Shown here: positions 13,581 through 27,799 of the stretch, one piece after another
Layout: every line of letters starts with the position of its first letter
Position numbering within the stretch: the stretch's first letter is position 1
Assembly: GCA_951406725.2 (NCBI GenBank)
Contig: OX597821.1
Location: 51,770,001-51,834,000, forward strand
DNA length: 64,000 nt
Direction of reading: 5' to 3'
Origin: Octopus vulgaris
Lineage: Eukaryota
Position numbers and translations under genes: made by a program
Notes under the pieces: generated by a model
The model's input: only the letters and a program-made list of their open reading frames with translations
Database searches by the model: none
Told to the model about the DNA's origin: nothing

Positions 13581-13808
13581 GACGGTGAACTGGCAGAATT
13601 CTCAAGCCGCCGGGGGAAATGCTTAACGGTGTTTTGTCCGTGTTAATGTTCTAAATTCAAATTCCACCGAGGTTGACTTTGCCTTTCATCCTTAGTGGTC
13701 GATAAAATAAATATCATTTGAACACTGGAGTCGATGTAATCGACTTATCTCCTCCTTCGAATTTGCTTGTGCCGAAATATAAAAATTGTGCCAAAATTTA
13801 AAACCAAT
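13581..13808 (+). mobile_element. SINE family A, short-tail variant
   Basis: gacggtgaactggcagaat head, gttgactttgcctttcatcc core. Confidence 0.82.
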
Positions 13809-14699
13809 TCCCAGTTCTGTCTCTGATATTGTTATCATACGCAGCATAAAGAATCATAAGGCCCCGTCCTTTTTCCGGAAAACCCTTCGGCATCTTAGTG
13901 ACAGTTCCTGTGTCACTATGGAGGAGTTATTTCGTACCACCTGGTTTGGACAACTCATGATCAATTAAAAGCTACAAAATTGCTAGAAAATCTAAACTTA
14001 GACATTACAGGTAATATTCTCCCCATATTTCATTGTTGAATTGACAAAAGGTAGTTTTTTTCTAATTTATATATATATTATATTTTGTGAAATTTAATTT
14101 AGTATTTCAAATTGAATTTTTCCCTGTAATTTTGGAATAATATTCCCTAATATATATATATATTACTTGCTATGCGAGTACATCTCCGTAATATATATAT
14201 ATATATAAAGTACTGTAGCACAAAGGATTAGTTTCCTTTTCCCAGCTTCAACAAGACACAACATATACAATGGAGTCATACGTCCATATTTGGGATACTG
14301 CTGCTGTACACATATGCTAGACCACATCTAGAAGACTATCCGACAGATTAGAAAAGACCCTTCACCATATATGCGCGCATATACACACACACACATACAT
14401 ATATACACACATACATATATACCTGCACGCATACATATATACATACATTTATGCATACATATATATAAACTTAAGTACATATATTTATGCATGCATACAT
14501 ACATATATACATACATTCATACATACTTACACATATGCATACATATATACAGACATGCATGTATGCATACATACATATAAAAATACATGCATGTATTCAT
14601 ACAAACATAAATGCACACATACATACATACATACATACATACATACATACATACATACATACATACATACATACATACATACATACATACATACATGCA

Positions 14700-15060
14700 T
14701 GCATGCAAGATGGCTGTCGACTCGTAGACGAGTCATGGCCATCACTGACAAATCAATGTCCCTGCAAAAGTTTTGGCCCAATAAAGCTTGCACAACACCA
14801 CATAGGTCTTCTCCACCCTAATGACATAGTCCAGTGACAAACCGGGTCAATATATCTAGTGTCAATATGAATCGGAGGCTCGGGAATGTGGAAGTACCAT
14901 GATAACCGCAATGAAATAATGCCCAAAATATCTAATGTCATTCCCAACACATCCGGTTTTATATCAGAGTAACCTTCTCCTGGAGACATACTTTAACATA
15001 CCTCCCTGTGGTTTTCCTGCACTACGGTCACCAGCACGGAGTTTCTGAGTTCTCGTGCAA
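14700..15060 (-). mobile_element. Decayed RTE-type LINE 3' end with (ATGT)n tail
   Basis: The minus-strand end ggccatgactcgtctacgagtcgacagccatc resembles the terminus of the RTE at 42926-42957 and runs into the (ATGT)n array. Confidence 0.5.
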
Positions 15061-15134
15061 AAAAATACATGCACACACATATTAACATGCGAGAGAGTTT
15101 TATTTGCCTATTCTATTGTTACAACACAGCTATC

Positions 15135-15367
15135 TGTTTCTTTATTACCCACAAGGGGCTAAACATAGAGGGGACAAACAAGGACAGACAAACGGATTAA
15201 GTCGATTACATCGACCCCAGTGCGTAACTGGTACTTAATTTATTGACCCCGAAAGGATGAAAGGCAACGTCGACCTCGGCGGAATTTGAACGCAGAATGC
15301 AACGACAGACGCAATACCGCTAAGCATTTCGCCCGGTGTGCTAACGTTTCTGCCAGCTCGCCGCCTT
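15135..15367 (-). mobile_element. Young full-length SINE family A with 19-bp TSD
   Basis: TSD ttgttacaacacagctatc at 15116-15134 and 15370-15388. Confidence 0.95.
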
Positions 15368-15713
15368 ATTTGTTACAACACAGCTATCACCTCCACCTGT
15401 GACACCGGTCTCTCTCTTCCTTCACTGCCTCATATTGTAATATTCTAAACAATTCTACTCATATCTCTATCCAGTCCTTTCCCATCCTTCCCCACAACGT
15501 CATCCTACTCGGATCTACTCCTTGCTCAGCCTCTTTCTGTAGATGTCTTCTTATAAATGTGTAAACTGACCAACAACATAAGTTTCACCCGGTAAGGACT
15601 GTCACATTATATACACATATAACACATATACACAGATTCATACGTGCATACACCACATACATACATACATACATACATACATACATACATACATACATAC
15701 ATACATACATACA

Positions 15714-15744
<31 letters not shown>

Positions 15745-15974
15745 TCAGTGAAAGGGAGAGAGATGAGGAAAGAGTTTTCTTAAAACTTGATATCTACTTA
15801 AAAAGACCCTTAGAAAAGCAAAATGAGGCGAACATTTTGGGAAAATCTTTTGTACATCGTGTGTATGCGCTTATACTTTATCCAGGCACACATTGCTATG
15901 AGTTAATCCATAGATGATTTTTCCTAATAGACGTGTTGACTATAAAGATCCGTGTGTGTGTGTGTGAATATATA

Positions 15975-16212
15975 TTCTCTTTACTCTTTACTCTCTGTTA
16001 CTTGTTTCAGTCATTTGACTGAGGCCATGCTAGAGCACCGCCTTTAGTCGAACAAATCAACCCCAGAACTTATTCTTTGTAAAACTAGTACTTATTCTAT
16101 TGGTTATCATTTGCCGAACCGCTAAGTTACCGGGACGTAAACACACCAGCATCGGTTGTCAAGCGATGTTGGGGGGACAAACACAGACACACAAACATAT
16201 ACACACACACAT

Positions 16213-16265
<53 letters not shown>

Positions 16266-16434
16266 TAAGAAAGTTTGTTTGGTAAAGCACGTGGGTGAAT
16301 ATATAAGAAAATATTAAAGAGTGAAAAAACGACAGAAGGCTTAAATGTTAAAAAATTAACATTTAAGCCTTCTGTCGTTTTTTCACTCTTTAATATTTTC
16401 TTATATATATACATATACATTTACATATACGTCG

Positions 16435-16482
<48 letters not shown>

Positions 16483-16678
16483 TATATATTTACATATACG
16501 TCGTATGTATACATATATATATAAATGTATATATATAAGACGGGCTTCTTTTAGTTTCCGTCTACCAAATCCACTCACAAGGCTTTGGTCGGCCCGAAGC
16601 TATAATAGAAGACACTTGCCCAATGTGCCATGCAAGGTTCGTAAGCAAGCTAGTTACCACACAGCCACTCCTACACCT
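15975..16678 (-). mobile_element. SINE family B with a hairpin element in its internal microsatellite
   Basis: Both SINE halves are present (15975-16190 and 16538-16678) around TA/CA repeats. Confidence 0.88.
16299..16408. repeat. Perfect hairpin with arms of about 53 bp, inside (TA)n
   Basis: ataagaaaatattaaagagtgaaaaaacgacagaaggcttaaatgttaa-aaaa-ttaacatttaagccttctgtcgttttttcactctttaatattttcttat. Confidence 0.92.
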
Positions 16679-16680
16679 AT

Positions 16681-18450
16681 AATATATTAAAACACTGTTA
16701 AAATCTCATTGAACAAACAAGATAACCATTGCACTTAATAATAAATATAATCTGCTTCCTATTTATGTTAGACCTTTATATTTTAAAAATGGTTTCGTAG
16801 ATTTGTACTTGTTACAATACCCAATAGCCAGAATATGAAGACAGACATAACTGACTTCAGCTTTATATCATTCCCTACAGTTTCCGATCCTTTTTCAACT
16901 TCAAACATCCAATCAAATTTCATAGATGTCGTTCGCCTTAGAGTTACATCAAATTTTATAACTTTCTCTTTTTTCTTTTTATCAGAAACTAATTGTAGCA
17001 ACGTGATTTATAGTCTATGGCTCATTAAACTTTCTTGATGGCATACTTATAATTATAGATAGAAAAAAGCAAATGAAACGTTTTTAGTAGTTACATTGAT
17101 ACATTTTAATATTATCACGTTCAGAACTGCAAGCATCGTATTAGCTTTTTCGTAAAACTTTCCATTACATAAGCCATTATTTCAATGAATTGAGATGTTT
17201 CATGTCCACTGATATTGATATCGATATCAATTATACGAAGTCCTACCTACATCCATTCTTCCCAAAGCCAGTCCTTCTGTGGTGATATAGTCGTATCACA
17301 TCTACACTGCTGTTATTAATCATTAGTATCATGTACTATTTGTACTGTCAAATTCAGCGCTTGAAGATCATAGCTTCTGACAAAAGTGAAAAACGTTTAC
17401 ATTATTATTTTGCTTTATATTTCTAATTTTCTATGGTTTGCGATCTCGCAAACCATATAAGATTCAAGGATTTTAGTCGATCGTATTTTTACTCTAGCTG
17501 AATGTCAGCAACTATAGCTAACATGACAAAAGAAGTTGAGACTTTCACAGAATGCTGCTCTTTAAGTGTTTCTTTTTATTGACTTAAAACCGAGAGGTAG
17601 CTCCTGGTTAGAGTGACTATCGCAAGCAATAGGTCAAACCGAAAGTTTTATAGTTTAATAATGTTTTGATATTAGATTTTAATTGGTAGCCGAGTGTTGT
17701 TGTAACTGTTTCTCATTGACTGTTGCTGGGGTTTCTCGTTGTTTCGACGAACAATCAGTTCTTCATTGTTCGTCGTTGTCTGTTGACGTAAATATTTCTC
17801 ATTGGTTCATAATGAATTTTAACTGGTCATTGACTGTGATGTAAAAATTTCTGGTTGGTCAGTGCTGGATTCTTATGTTTTGTTGACTGTTGGTATAATT
17901 GATTCTCATTGTTCATTGCTGGATTTTAATTGGTCTTTCATTATTAATACCAATCTTCATTTTATAATCATCCAAGAAATACTCTATGGGAAGTGATTAG
18001 TATTCGCGTATGGCGCTAATGTGTAGCTAGTGTGGACTTAATGCAGAAAGTTTATTTATTTTGATAACTATGTAGTGAAGCGGCGTTGATTTGTGTGTCA
18101 CATTTTGTTATTAATACAGCTACTGCGACAATTCTGTTGCATTTCTGTCTCCTTTTTTTTTTTTTGTTGTGTTTTAATGGCTTCTTAAAGATGCACGGTT
18201 GTCGGAAGGAAACAGAGATATTTGCTAGCCCCTAAGGTTTGCAATATTCATGTTTGCCTAAAAATGTATAAATTGCACTAATTATCTGGAGTTTATTCAA
18301 ATTTGCAGGTTAGTGGACTTTCTCTTAATAAGGGTATTTATAATTTTCTGGATGGATTTTCTTTTCTAATATATTACGATGCCAATTTATGATTAAGTGT
18401 AATGCTTATCTTGTTTGTTCAATGAGATTTTAATAACGTTTTAATATATT
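16681..18450. mobile_element. Putative non-autonomous DNA transposon bounded by inverted repeats of about 65 bp
   Basis: 16681-16746 is the near-perfect reverse complement of 18385-18450; no transposase or TSD recognised. Confidence 0.55.
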
Positions 18451-18584
18451 CTATACCCAGGGCAATTTGTTTTCATGCATATGAGTTAGCTGTTCCTCTC
18501 CTTCTTTTCATATTGAATACCCTGATATCTATTTTTCTATATTATTTGTAGACTGTTATACGAAAATAAATCTTATGGCTTTAT

Positions 18585-18757
18585 GGGCACAAGCGCGGCT
18601 GTGTGGTAAGAAGCTTGCTTCCCAGTCACATGGTTCCGGGTTCAGTTCCACTGCATAGCACCTTTGATAAGTGTCTTTTATCATAGTCTCGAGCTGACTA
18701 AATCCTTAGGAGTGGATTTGGTAGACGGAAGCTTAAAAAGGCCCGTTGTATCTGTGT

Positions 18758-18810
<53 letters not shown>

Positions 18811-19030
18811 TGTGTGTGTGTCCTTGTGTTTGTCTCCCACCACACACACACACACACACCATTTGACAGCCGGTATTTTGTTTACATTCGCGTAACTTAG
18901 CAGTTCGGCAAAAAGAGACGAATAGAATAAGTACCAAGATTACTGGGGTCGGTTCATTCGGCTAAAAGTTCTTCAAGGCGGTGCCCCAGCATGGCCGCAA
19001 TCTAATGACTGAAACAAGTAAAAGATAAAA
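18585..19030 (+). mobile_element. Full-length SINE family B
   Basis: Head, CORE-like block, (TG)n, 3' module ending gactgaaacaagtaaaagataaaaga. Confidence 0.88.
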
Positions 19031-19541
19031 GATGTGTGTGTGTGTAAGGTCAATAATAGGTCGAGTTACTCGTAGTTTCACAAGGCGTTGGTTCGGATTG
19101 ACTGAAAAATAAAATAGTATTTCCCCGATGAGGGAAAGGATATCACCTTTTGAACCTAAAGACACCTAAAGACATCTAATCCGTTTGTAATTGAAAACTT
19201 TTAGCAAAGATTTTATCATGTTTTTACAATATCTCAAAATATCACCCCTTCTGTTTAGTGACCATAAGTCTTTCATTAAGACGTAAAATTTTTCCAGTAA
19301 ATATAACGTAGATTTTTTTTAGTTCCATTGGTTAAAGAAAGTGTAGTGCTCCGGGATTTTTAGACACCACTGTTATTCAGTTTCCTAGCGTAGGGGGGAT
19401 ATTCATTCTATTTCTGCATCTCCATGATTGTTTCCGCTGGTTGAACTGCTATTAAATGTGTGCTCTGAGTTTAGCACGCTACATCATGTATAGAGTATCT
19501 TTAAAATTTTTCTTGTTTGTAGTTCTAAATATAGACGGTTG

Positions 19542-19589
<48 letters not shown>

Positions 19590-21486
19590 GTGCATATATG
19601 CATGTGTGCGTGTGTGTGTTATTCCTACATTACTACACGCTATGGTCAATTGCTTTAGCAAAACCCAAATGATATTGTAAAAATTAATACGAGTAAAATC
19701 CGTAATACTTGTTCAACTAAAAAATATAATGTTATACCTCCCTAGGAGTAAGCAAAGTCACGACAAAATATCTCTGAATAAAGATGTCTAAAAATATTCA
19801 TTCGAGATATATTGGTATTTAAGTTCTGAACTATCCAAAAGAAACTATATGTAATGAAATATTTCAGAAGTAGACTTTGCGTGTTTCTCTTATCTAAATA
19901 GCGCTGATCGAAACGTTTGACTAAATCGAAAGGTAGCTGAAAGTAATTAGGGTATTTCATCAACAAAATTGTTAACAGACGAGTGGAAGAGCTTACGTGA
20001 TCGTTCAAACTCCTGAAAATAGCAGAACAAAATATCCTTTAATTCCACCTTACGGTCTTTGGAAAAGAATGAACATATATGATAATGTAGTCTTATATCC
20101 TATAGATGAGACGGGATGATCATATCATACCAGTTTGATCGAGATTGAGCTGAGGGTTAAACTGCCATTGTTAAAAGAGCAGGAAACACAGAATATTAAC
20201 AGCAATTATAATAGCATTCTGAGTGAAAGTAAAGGATATACAATTATAAAATAAATAAGATAATTAACAATACTAAAGTGAGAAAGGAAACCTATTACTG
20301 AGTGATGCTAAGGAAAATAGGTTTGAAAAGACCGGTGATGAATGTAGATGGTATTGTTTTAACGGATTGCTTTATAATACATTACAACAATGAAACAAGA
20401 CTCTGTTTACACAACAGTAAACATGTTCCATGTAGCTGTCGGGAAATGTGTTAAATATGCAAATTAGTCTACCCATCTTACTTTAACTCCTAATATTAGT
20501 GGGTTTGCTTCGTCCGTCTTTATGCTCTGAGTTCAAATTCCGCCGAGGTCAACTTTGCCGTTCAGCCTTTCGAGGTCAATAAAATAAGTACCAGTTGAGC
20601 ACTGGGGTTGATGCAGTCGACATGTTCTTTCTTCGAAATTACTGGCCTTGTGCCAAAATTTGAAGGTAATTTTAATGGGTTTATAAACAACGTGTTCGAT
20701 AGTTAGGGAGGATACGCAGTTGCTGATGAAGATTCCAATAACAGCTTTTCCCTTGCAGAGTTGGCTAATAAATCTATAGATATGTTTTATGATACATTAC
20801 AGCAACAGAGTAAGAATATCTATTTATTTGGAGTGTTAACGAGCAAATGCCATAGAAGAAGTAGCAATTATATATTTTAATCACATCCTGTCAACGATAC
20901 AAGTAAATGATATCATTAATATTAATGATCTGTGATCTGCTATATCGTGGATCTACAGCTGCCATAGATATTATAGAAGTTGAACTTGATAAAGAAAAAG
21001 AAAACTGAAAGTGAAGCATTATGTAAAAGTGATTAGTTATTTTGTGATAAATCATTCTTTGACTAGTCGTTTTGGTGGTAGATAAACCCTGATAGAAAAA
21101 AAAAATTCTGGTCTAAATTTCCTCCATTTGGGGTTTGGGAGAAGATCTGAAATAAGAATTAAGGAGTTATTTCCTCAAACACAGATGATAGGACTGAAGT
21201 AAATAATTTGGTAAAGCAAAAGATCAATGATAGGTTAACGTTACAAAAAAATCTGTAGAGGATAAAACAGAAAGAATATCTGCGTTGCTGTCCTACCTAC
21301 AAGAAATAGCAGTTAAATCGCCCTCACATCCCACTGCAGCATGTTAGCAAAGGAAATAATGTATTTCTAAAAGGATGGAATTTAACATTTGAAACGTCTT
21401 TGATCAGCCAGTGATTCGAGGGCTAAACAACGGATTAGTGTAAAGTTTAATGATAGAAACCAGGGTTTTTAGATCATAAGGTAAAA

Positions 21487-21488
<2 letters not shown>

Positions 21489-21522
<34 letters not shown>

Positions 21523-21544
21523 GGTGGTGGTGGTGGTGGTGGTG

Positions 21545-21611
<67 letters not shown>

Positions 21612-21671
21612 GGAGGATGGGTGGAGATGGTGGTGGTGGTGGTGGTGGTGGTGGTTTTGCTGCTGCTGCTG
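21489..21671. repeat. Compound trinucleotide microsatellite (GTA)n(GTG)n(GTA)n...(GGT)n(GCT)n
   Basis: Seen directly. Confidence 0.95.
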
Positions 21672-22034
21672 TTGATCATTTTGTCTTCCGCCACTCCATC
21701 GGGGCAGGCAAAAGACGTGTTGGAGCAGCATCAAGTGACTTCCAGCTTGGATGGAACAAAATCTTTCACTGATGTAAATACTTCTTCGTGACTGGACTTT
21801 TGTTATTTTCATTCGTCGATATTAAAACAAAATACATACAAAAATAGATTAAACGTTGTTCTACAACTAAATTTTAATTATGGATACTATGGCTACGAAA
21901 TATACTGTTCAGGAACTTCATGCTCAAATGTACCGGCGTAAGCACCAGCTTCAACTTGAAAACACAAACATGCTCAAATAGTCTACGGAGTGTCTGTCTT
22001 TCTATCTTTTCAAATAAGCTACTGAATATTCGTA

Positions 22035-22543
22035 TTTGACTGGTACTTAATTTATCGACCTCAAAAGGATGAAAGGCAAAGTCGACCTCAATGGAATTTG
22101 AACCCATAAATTAGCGCCAGGCGAAATACCTATTTCTTTACTACCCACAAGGGGCTAAACACAGAGGGGACAAACAAGGAGAGACAAACGGATTAAGTCG
22201 ATTACATCGACCCCAGTGTGTAACTGGTACTTATTTAATCGACCCGGAAAGGATGAAAGGCAAAGTCGACCTCCACGGAATTTGAACTCAGAACGTAGCG
22301 GCAGACGAAATACCTATTTCTTTACTACCTACAAGGGGCTAAACACAGAGGGACAAACATGGACATGCAAACGGATTAAGTCGATTACATCGACCCCAGT
22401 GCGTAACTAGTACTTAATTTATCGACCCCGAAAAGATGAAAGGCAAAGTCGACCTCGGCGGAATTTGAACTGAGAACGTAACAGCAGACGAAATACGGCT
22501 ACGCATTTCGCCGGCGTGCTAATGTTTCTGCCAACTCACCGCT
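22035..22543 (-). mobile_element. SINE family A tandem trimer
   Basis: One head and three bodies, joined twice by cgaaatacctatttctttac (about 22125 and 22310). Confidence 0.9.
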
Positions 22544-22564
22544 TTATATGGATATAATAATAAT

Positions 22565-22990
22565 CCTTTCTACTATAGGTACAACGCTTGAAATTTTGGT
22601 GGAGGGCACTAGTCGATTATGTCGAACCCAGTGTTTCACTGGTACTTAATTTATTGACCCCGAATGGATCAAAGGCAAAGTCGACCTCAGCGGAATTTGA
22701 ACTCAGAATATAAAGATGGGCGAAATACCGCTAAGTATTTCACCTTATGGGTATTATAATGTCTAACATAAGACGGCAAGCTGGCAGAATCGTTAGCATG
22801 CTGGGTAAAATGCTTAGCTACCTTTCTTCCGTCGTCTTTACATTCTGAGTTCAAATTTCGCCGAGGTCGACTTTGCCTTTCATCCTTTCGGGGTCGATGA
22901 AATAAGCATCAGTTGAGCACTGGGGTCGATGTAATCGACTTACTTCCTCTCACAAAACCTTGCTGTCTTTGTTCCAAAATTTGAAGCCAA
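22565..22990. mobile_element. Two family A SINEs head to head (- 22565-22745, + 22772-22990)
   Basis: Core and short-tail motifs in opposite orientations. Confidence 0.85.
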
Positions 22991-24485
22991 TATTAATATA
23001 TAACATTGATTTAACGTCCCAAATTTGGGTAAGGAGTATAGTCGTTTAAAATCTATGCCATTTCGGGATCGTTACTTTAGTTTAGCGACCTTTAGAGGGA
23101 TGAAATATAAAGTTAACCTCGGCAGGATTTGAACTCAAAGCATGAAAAGCCTTAAATTAACAGGCTGAATATAATATTAGCTGAAAAAACTGAAAAAAAA
23201 AAGAGAGAAAAACGACTATACTGGTTGTCTGTAAATTATATTTACAATTCGAAAAACTCAGAAAAAAATGAAAAATAAGGATACCTCTGCAGATTTTGTT
23301 GGAAAAATTTAGCAAATAAGTAAAAGTGTTATTAGAAACTACATAATGTGGGCTCCTTTGGTCGCATGTAACTTATCTAGACCACAAAGTTTGGAAGTTA
23401 ATGGAGATGGTACATTAAGGAAACTAAAGACACGAAACTGAGAAACTTCAGGCACTACAGATTTTCAATTCATTCGGATTTATAATTGACAAGTCTCTTG
23501 TATTTGAGAAGACAGCTTACTCAGTGCTGAACAGATAATATCGTATCTTAGATGGATGACGGGAGAATTGTATTTACAAAGATAAGTTAAAGAAGAGTGA
23601 TCACCTGCAGTCTTATAACATGTTTACCACCGATCATGTAGTAGTTACTACTAGCATTAATAACTGAGACAAATATAATTCTTCTTAGAAAGGTCTGCCT
23701 CCTGAGTAACAGAATGAATGTAAAAGAAGGTGACAGAAGGTACCCGAAAAGATTGTTAAGAACCTAACAATGACTTCACTATCTGCTTTTGTGTGCATGC
23801 GCACGTGCGTACGCGTGTACATGTGTGTATATGTGTGTGTGTGTGTGTTCAAAATAGTAATATCAACTCCGGAAATCTCTCGCACAATAGCAAATTCAAC
23901 CTTCTACAATACAACTACATTAACTTCTCAACTTACTCGCTCGACGGATATTGCCTTGCAAAATAAGAGAGACAGACGGAAACGTTCTTTCTGTTAATGA
24001 CTTCTCCATTCCGACAGTACCTTTCTTCAAATAAAAGATTTATCTTTCTTTTTCCCACTCAGGTATTTCTTTACCTTTCCTCTCTTCTCATTCTCCTTTT
24101 CATAATTTCTTACTTTAAACCAACTTATTAATTTATACATTTATCTCCAGCTATTTCTGATGTCTTACTACCTGCATAAATATCATATCAAAACACTTAA
24201 TACGCGCTAAAAAAATAAACCTCCACATGACTGAATTAAGGTCCAGCAACGTAAATATAATTTCATTAAAACACATGATACTTACACAAGAACCCCTACA
24301 CGCTCATAAATCTACAACTCAAACTGTTTTAGCTTAATCATATAAAACATATGCATTGTTAAAAATCATGCTGCAAGAGACACTGTGTAAGCAAAATCAT
24401 TAGAGAACGTAAGTGGGTATGTCTGAAGAGCAATCAACAAACTGTGAACTGGTCTGCTTTAAGTCAACCCATGCCCCATCTTTTA

Positions 24486-24900
24486 TAGGCGTAGGAGAGG
24501 TTGTGTGGTAAGTAGTTTGCTTACCAACCACATGGTTCCGGGTTCAGTCCCACTGTGTGGAACCTTGGGCAAATGTCTTCTACTATAGCCTCGGGACAAC
24601 CAAAACCTTGTGAGTGGATTTGATAGACGGAAACTGAGAGAAGCCTGTCGTATATATGTATGTATATATATATATATATATGTATGTGTGTTTATGTTTG
24701 TGTTTGTGTTTGTCCCCCTAATATCGCTTGACAACCGATGCTGGTGTGTTTACGTCCCCGTCACTTAGTGGTTCAACAAATGAGACCGATAGAATAAGTA
24801 CTAGGCTTACAAAGAATATGTCCTGGGGTCGATTTGCTCGACTAAAGGCGGTGCTCCAGCATGGCCACAATCAAATGACTGAAACAAGTAAAAGAGTAAA
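24486..24900 (+). mobile_element. Full-length SINE family B
   Basis: Collinear with 13124-13555. Confidence 0.92.
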
Positions 24901-25129
24901 AAAAAAGACCAGTGATTCTCAACGTCTGAGTTAAAATTCTTCTGAAGTCAACTTTGATTTATATTTTTTAAGGATAAATAAAATGCCAGACAAGTACCAT
25001 GGACAACTAAGTCAACTAATTACATTCCACAAAGATATGTTACCTTAGAAACGATTGTTTCCATTTCTCCTAAATCTTAACCATAACTCGAGCCAAAATT
25101 CTAAGATATCTATTCCTATCCGCCAACTT

Positions 25130-25299
25130 TTATCTTTTCAATGATTTCACTGCGGTCATTCTGGAGAACTGCCATGAAGGATTGAGTCGAACAAATCGAC
25201 GCCAGTACTTATTTTTTTATTCTGTTACTTATTCTATCCGTTCCTTTCGCTAAACCGCTAAGTTGCGATGTCGTAAACAAACCAACAACCCTTACGTAT

Positions 25300-25335
<36 letters not shown>

Positions 25336-25672
25336 ATTTATCCCCCATCATCGCTTGACAACCGGTGTTAGTGTGTTTATGTTCCCGTAAATTAGCAGAT
25401 CGGCAATGAGACCGATAGAATAAGTACTAGGCTGTAAAAAATAAGTCCTGGGGTCGATTTATTCGACTAAAATCCTTCGAGGCGGTGCTCCAGCATGGCT
25501 GCAGTCAACTAAAAAAAAAGAAAAATAGATAGATAGATAGATACTAATAAAGGCATTGGTCGGTCCGAGGCTATAGTAGAAGACACTTGCCCAAGGTGCC
25601 GCGAGGTATGACTGAACCCGAAATTACGTAGTCGCTAAGCTGGCTTCCTAACTACACAGCCATGCCTGCGCC
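25130..25672. mobile_element. Rearranged or nested SINE family B pieces (- 25130-25290, + 25340-25510, - 25550-25672)
   Basis: 3' modules in both orientations and a minus-strand head. Confidence 0.78.
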
Positions 25673-26288
25673 TAGCCACGCCTCTATCTAGCCATGCCCG
25701 CGTCTAGCTTTTTTTTACATACATTTTGTTCTTTGTATTTTTGTAGTTTCATGACCGGTTTTTATTGATAGTTTTTAATAAAAATTGAAAGTTTTAACCT
25801 TTTTTTTCCCCGCTCATTAATATAAATCCCATTGCGAAGCAATTTCTTGCCAAGCTGCTTTTGGTGAGAGTTGAACAAGATTCTGAATCATTTAATCAGC
25901 CGCCTGGTGATCGGAAACAAAAAATAAGAAAACCAACAAGTAATGACTCACAAGAAATAAAATAAAAAACTCTGTGTGTGTGTGCGTGTGTTTGGAAATG
26001 CACAAATACACAGAAAACCTTTTATGTTTTGGAGAGGTATAACCTAGACATACAGAAAACTATACATTATTCTCCGTTGACAAGAATTGTTCAGAGATAG
26101 GCTAGATAGAGTAATGATATTAAAATTCCAGGATTGAATTCTGCAATCGTATGACATTCGGCAGCCAATTCGCCGAAGATAAGTTAGGAGAATCAGAATA
26201 TCAGATTAGCAGTTTCTTATGGAAAAGTGATCAGAAAAGATAGGTTGGTGTGCATTTTCTTTTTGTTCCAAATTATGTATTTGTGTGT

Positions 26289-26341
<53 letters not shown>

Positions 26342-26403
26342 TACGTACGTACATACATACATACATACATACATACATACATACATACATACATACATAC
26401 ATA

Positions 26404-26730
26404 CACGAGAAAGCTGATACGAAGACTACAAATCAAGCCATCGCTGAAACTAAAAATTTGTAAAACTTTCCAGAAGTTCCTATCTAGACATGCAACTACA
26501 AGCATGAGAATACATGCATAAAACAAAACAAATCTGCATACATACATACATACATACATACATACATACATACATACATACATACATACATACATACATA
26601 CATACATACATACATACATACATACATACATAACCTGTTGATGTTGAAATTTCAACAAAGGAGCCTTGAATCTCGGTTAGAAACTGATTCTTTCTCTATT
26701 GGCAAGAAATCTTGAAATAAAACTGAATGA
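26404..26730 (+). mobile_element. 3' end of an RLE-type non-LTR retrotransposon embedded in (CATA)n
   Basis: Encodes RKLIRRLQIKPSLKLKICKTFQKF, then (CATA)n, then a module of about 100 bp ending aataaaactgaat. Homologous pieces occur at 43060-43207 (-) and 41841-42085 (-), with a more distant one at 49035-49205. Confidence 0.6.
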
Positions 26731-27799
26731 GGATGTACATATGTATACATAAATAAAAATTTATAAAACATGTAGAATGAAGATGTTTTAATCACAAATT
26801 GCAACAATTGTTTCTGTGTATTGGCAATAGTTGTTAGCTGCTGAGTTTTCCCTACCATACTATTACATAAAACTAAGATATACAGAATGTTATCGAGAAC
26901 TATATACTGCTTCCGCCGCTGGTGAGCAGCAAGTGAATTACAGATTAATAGCCTAACGGATGGGTTTTTCGACACCATGATACTTTCTTCTATTGGACCC
27001 GAAAACAAAAAAAGGCAAAGTTGGACACGGTGGAATTTGAGCTCAGAGCATTACGACCCAGAATAAATACTGCGTGGTATGATATCTGATATATCTAACG
27101 ATAAAGATATCATTTATTGCCAACCATAATAATCGTAAGTACTCACGAATACATGCTTGTTAACATATATATACACTGATATGTATGCTTGCATATTCAT
27201 ACATGCAATTAACTTTCGGAAAGATAATCCAGCATACGGCCACGTACGCATAACCTAACCTATATCAGGGAATATATATGTATATATGTGGTGTCTGTGT
27301 ACGCGCGGTCACACACATACAAATATACCATAAATGGTCTTTTTACATACCGAACACTGCTCGGTCGAATTAATTAATAATTAATTAATTCTACCCTTTT
27401 TTATTGACTATATATATATATATATATATATATTATCCGAAGTCTACAATATTATATATCCATCACGGCTGATCTTACCAGCAAGGAATACTATAAAATG
27501 TTAGATAACAATCCGATTATATAAGCTTACGCTCATCAAAGTTAACCAATTGTTTGAAATTATGTATAAATTCTAAATATATTATGCATGTGAGATTATG
27601 AATCATCCCTTGTACACCTTAGTTAATGTCTGTCGGGTTGTTAACTAACACCCCATTGTATTCCTTGCGCGAAACTGATTGGTAAGATCAGCTGCGATGG
27701 ATATGTAATACTATACATTTCAGATAATGTATCCACTCTATTGACAGATGTGCATCTTTTCTCTGACTTATGGTCTCTTAGGCGACTGACGCACGTGTA

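Noticed and set aside
13860-14020. Candidate upstream exon ending ttacag/gtaat
   Set aside because: No open frame resembling the expected TEYCxxGSLQ peptide.
14215-14360. CR1/Jockey-like RT fragment
   Set aside because: Only a faint YNGVIRPYLGYC resemblance; too short to support.
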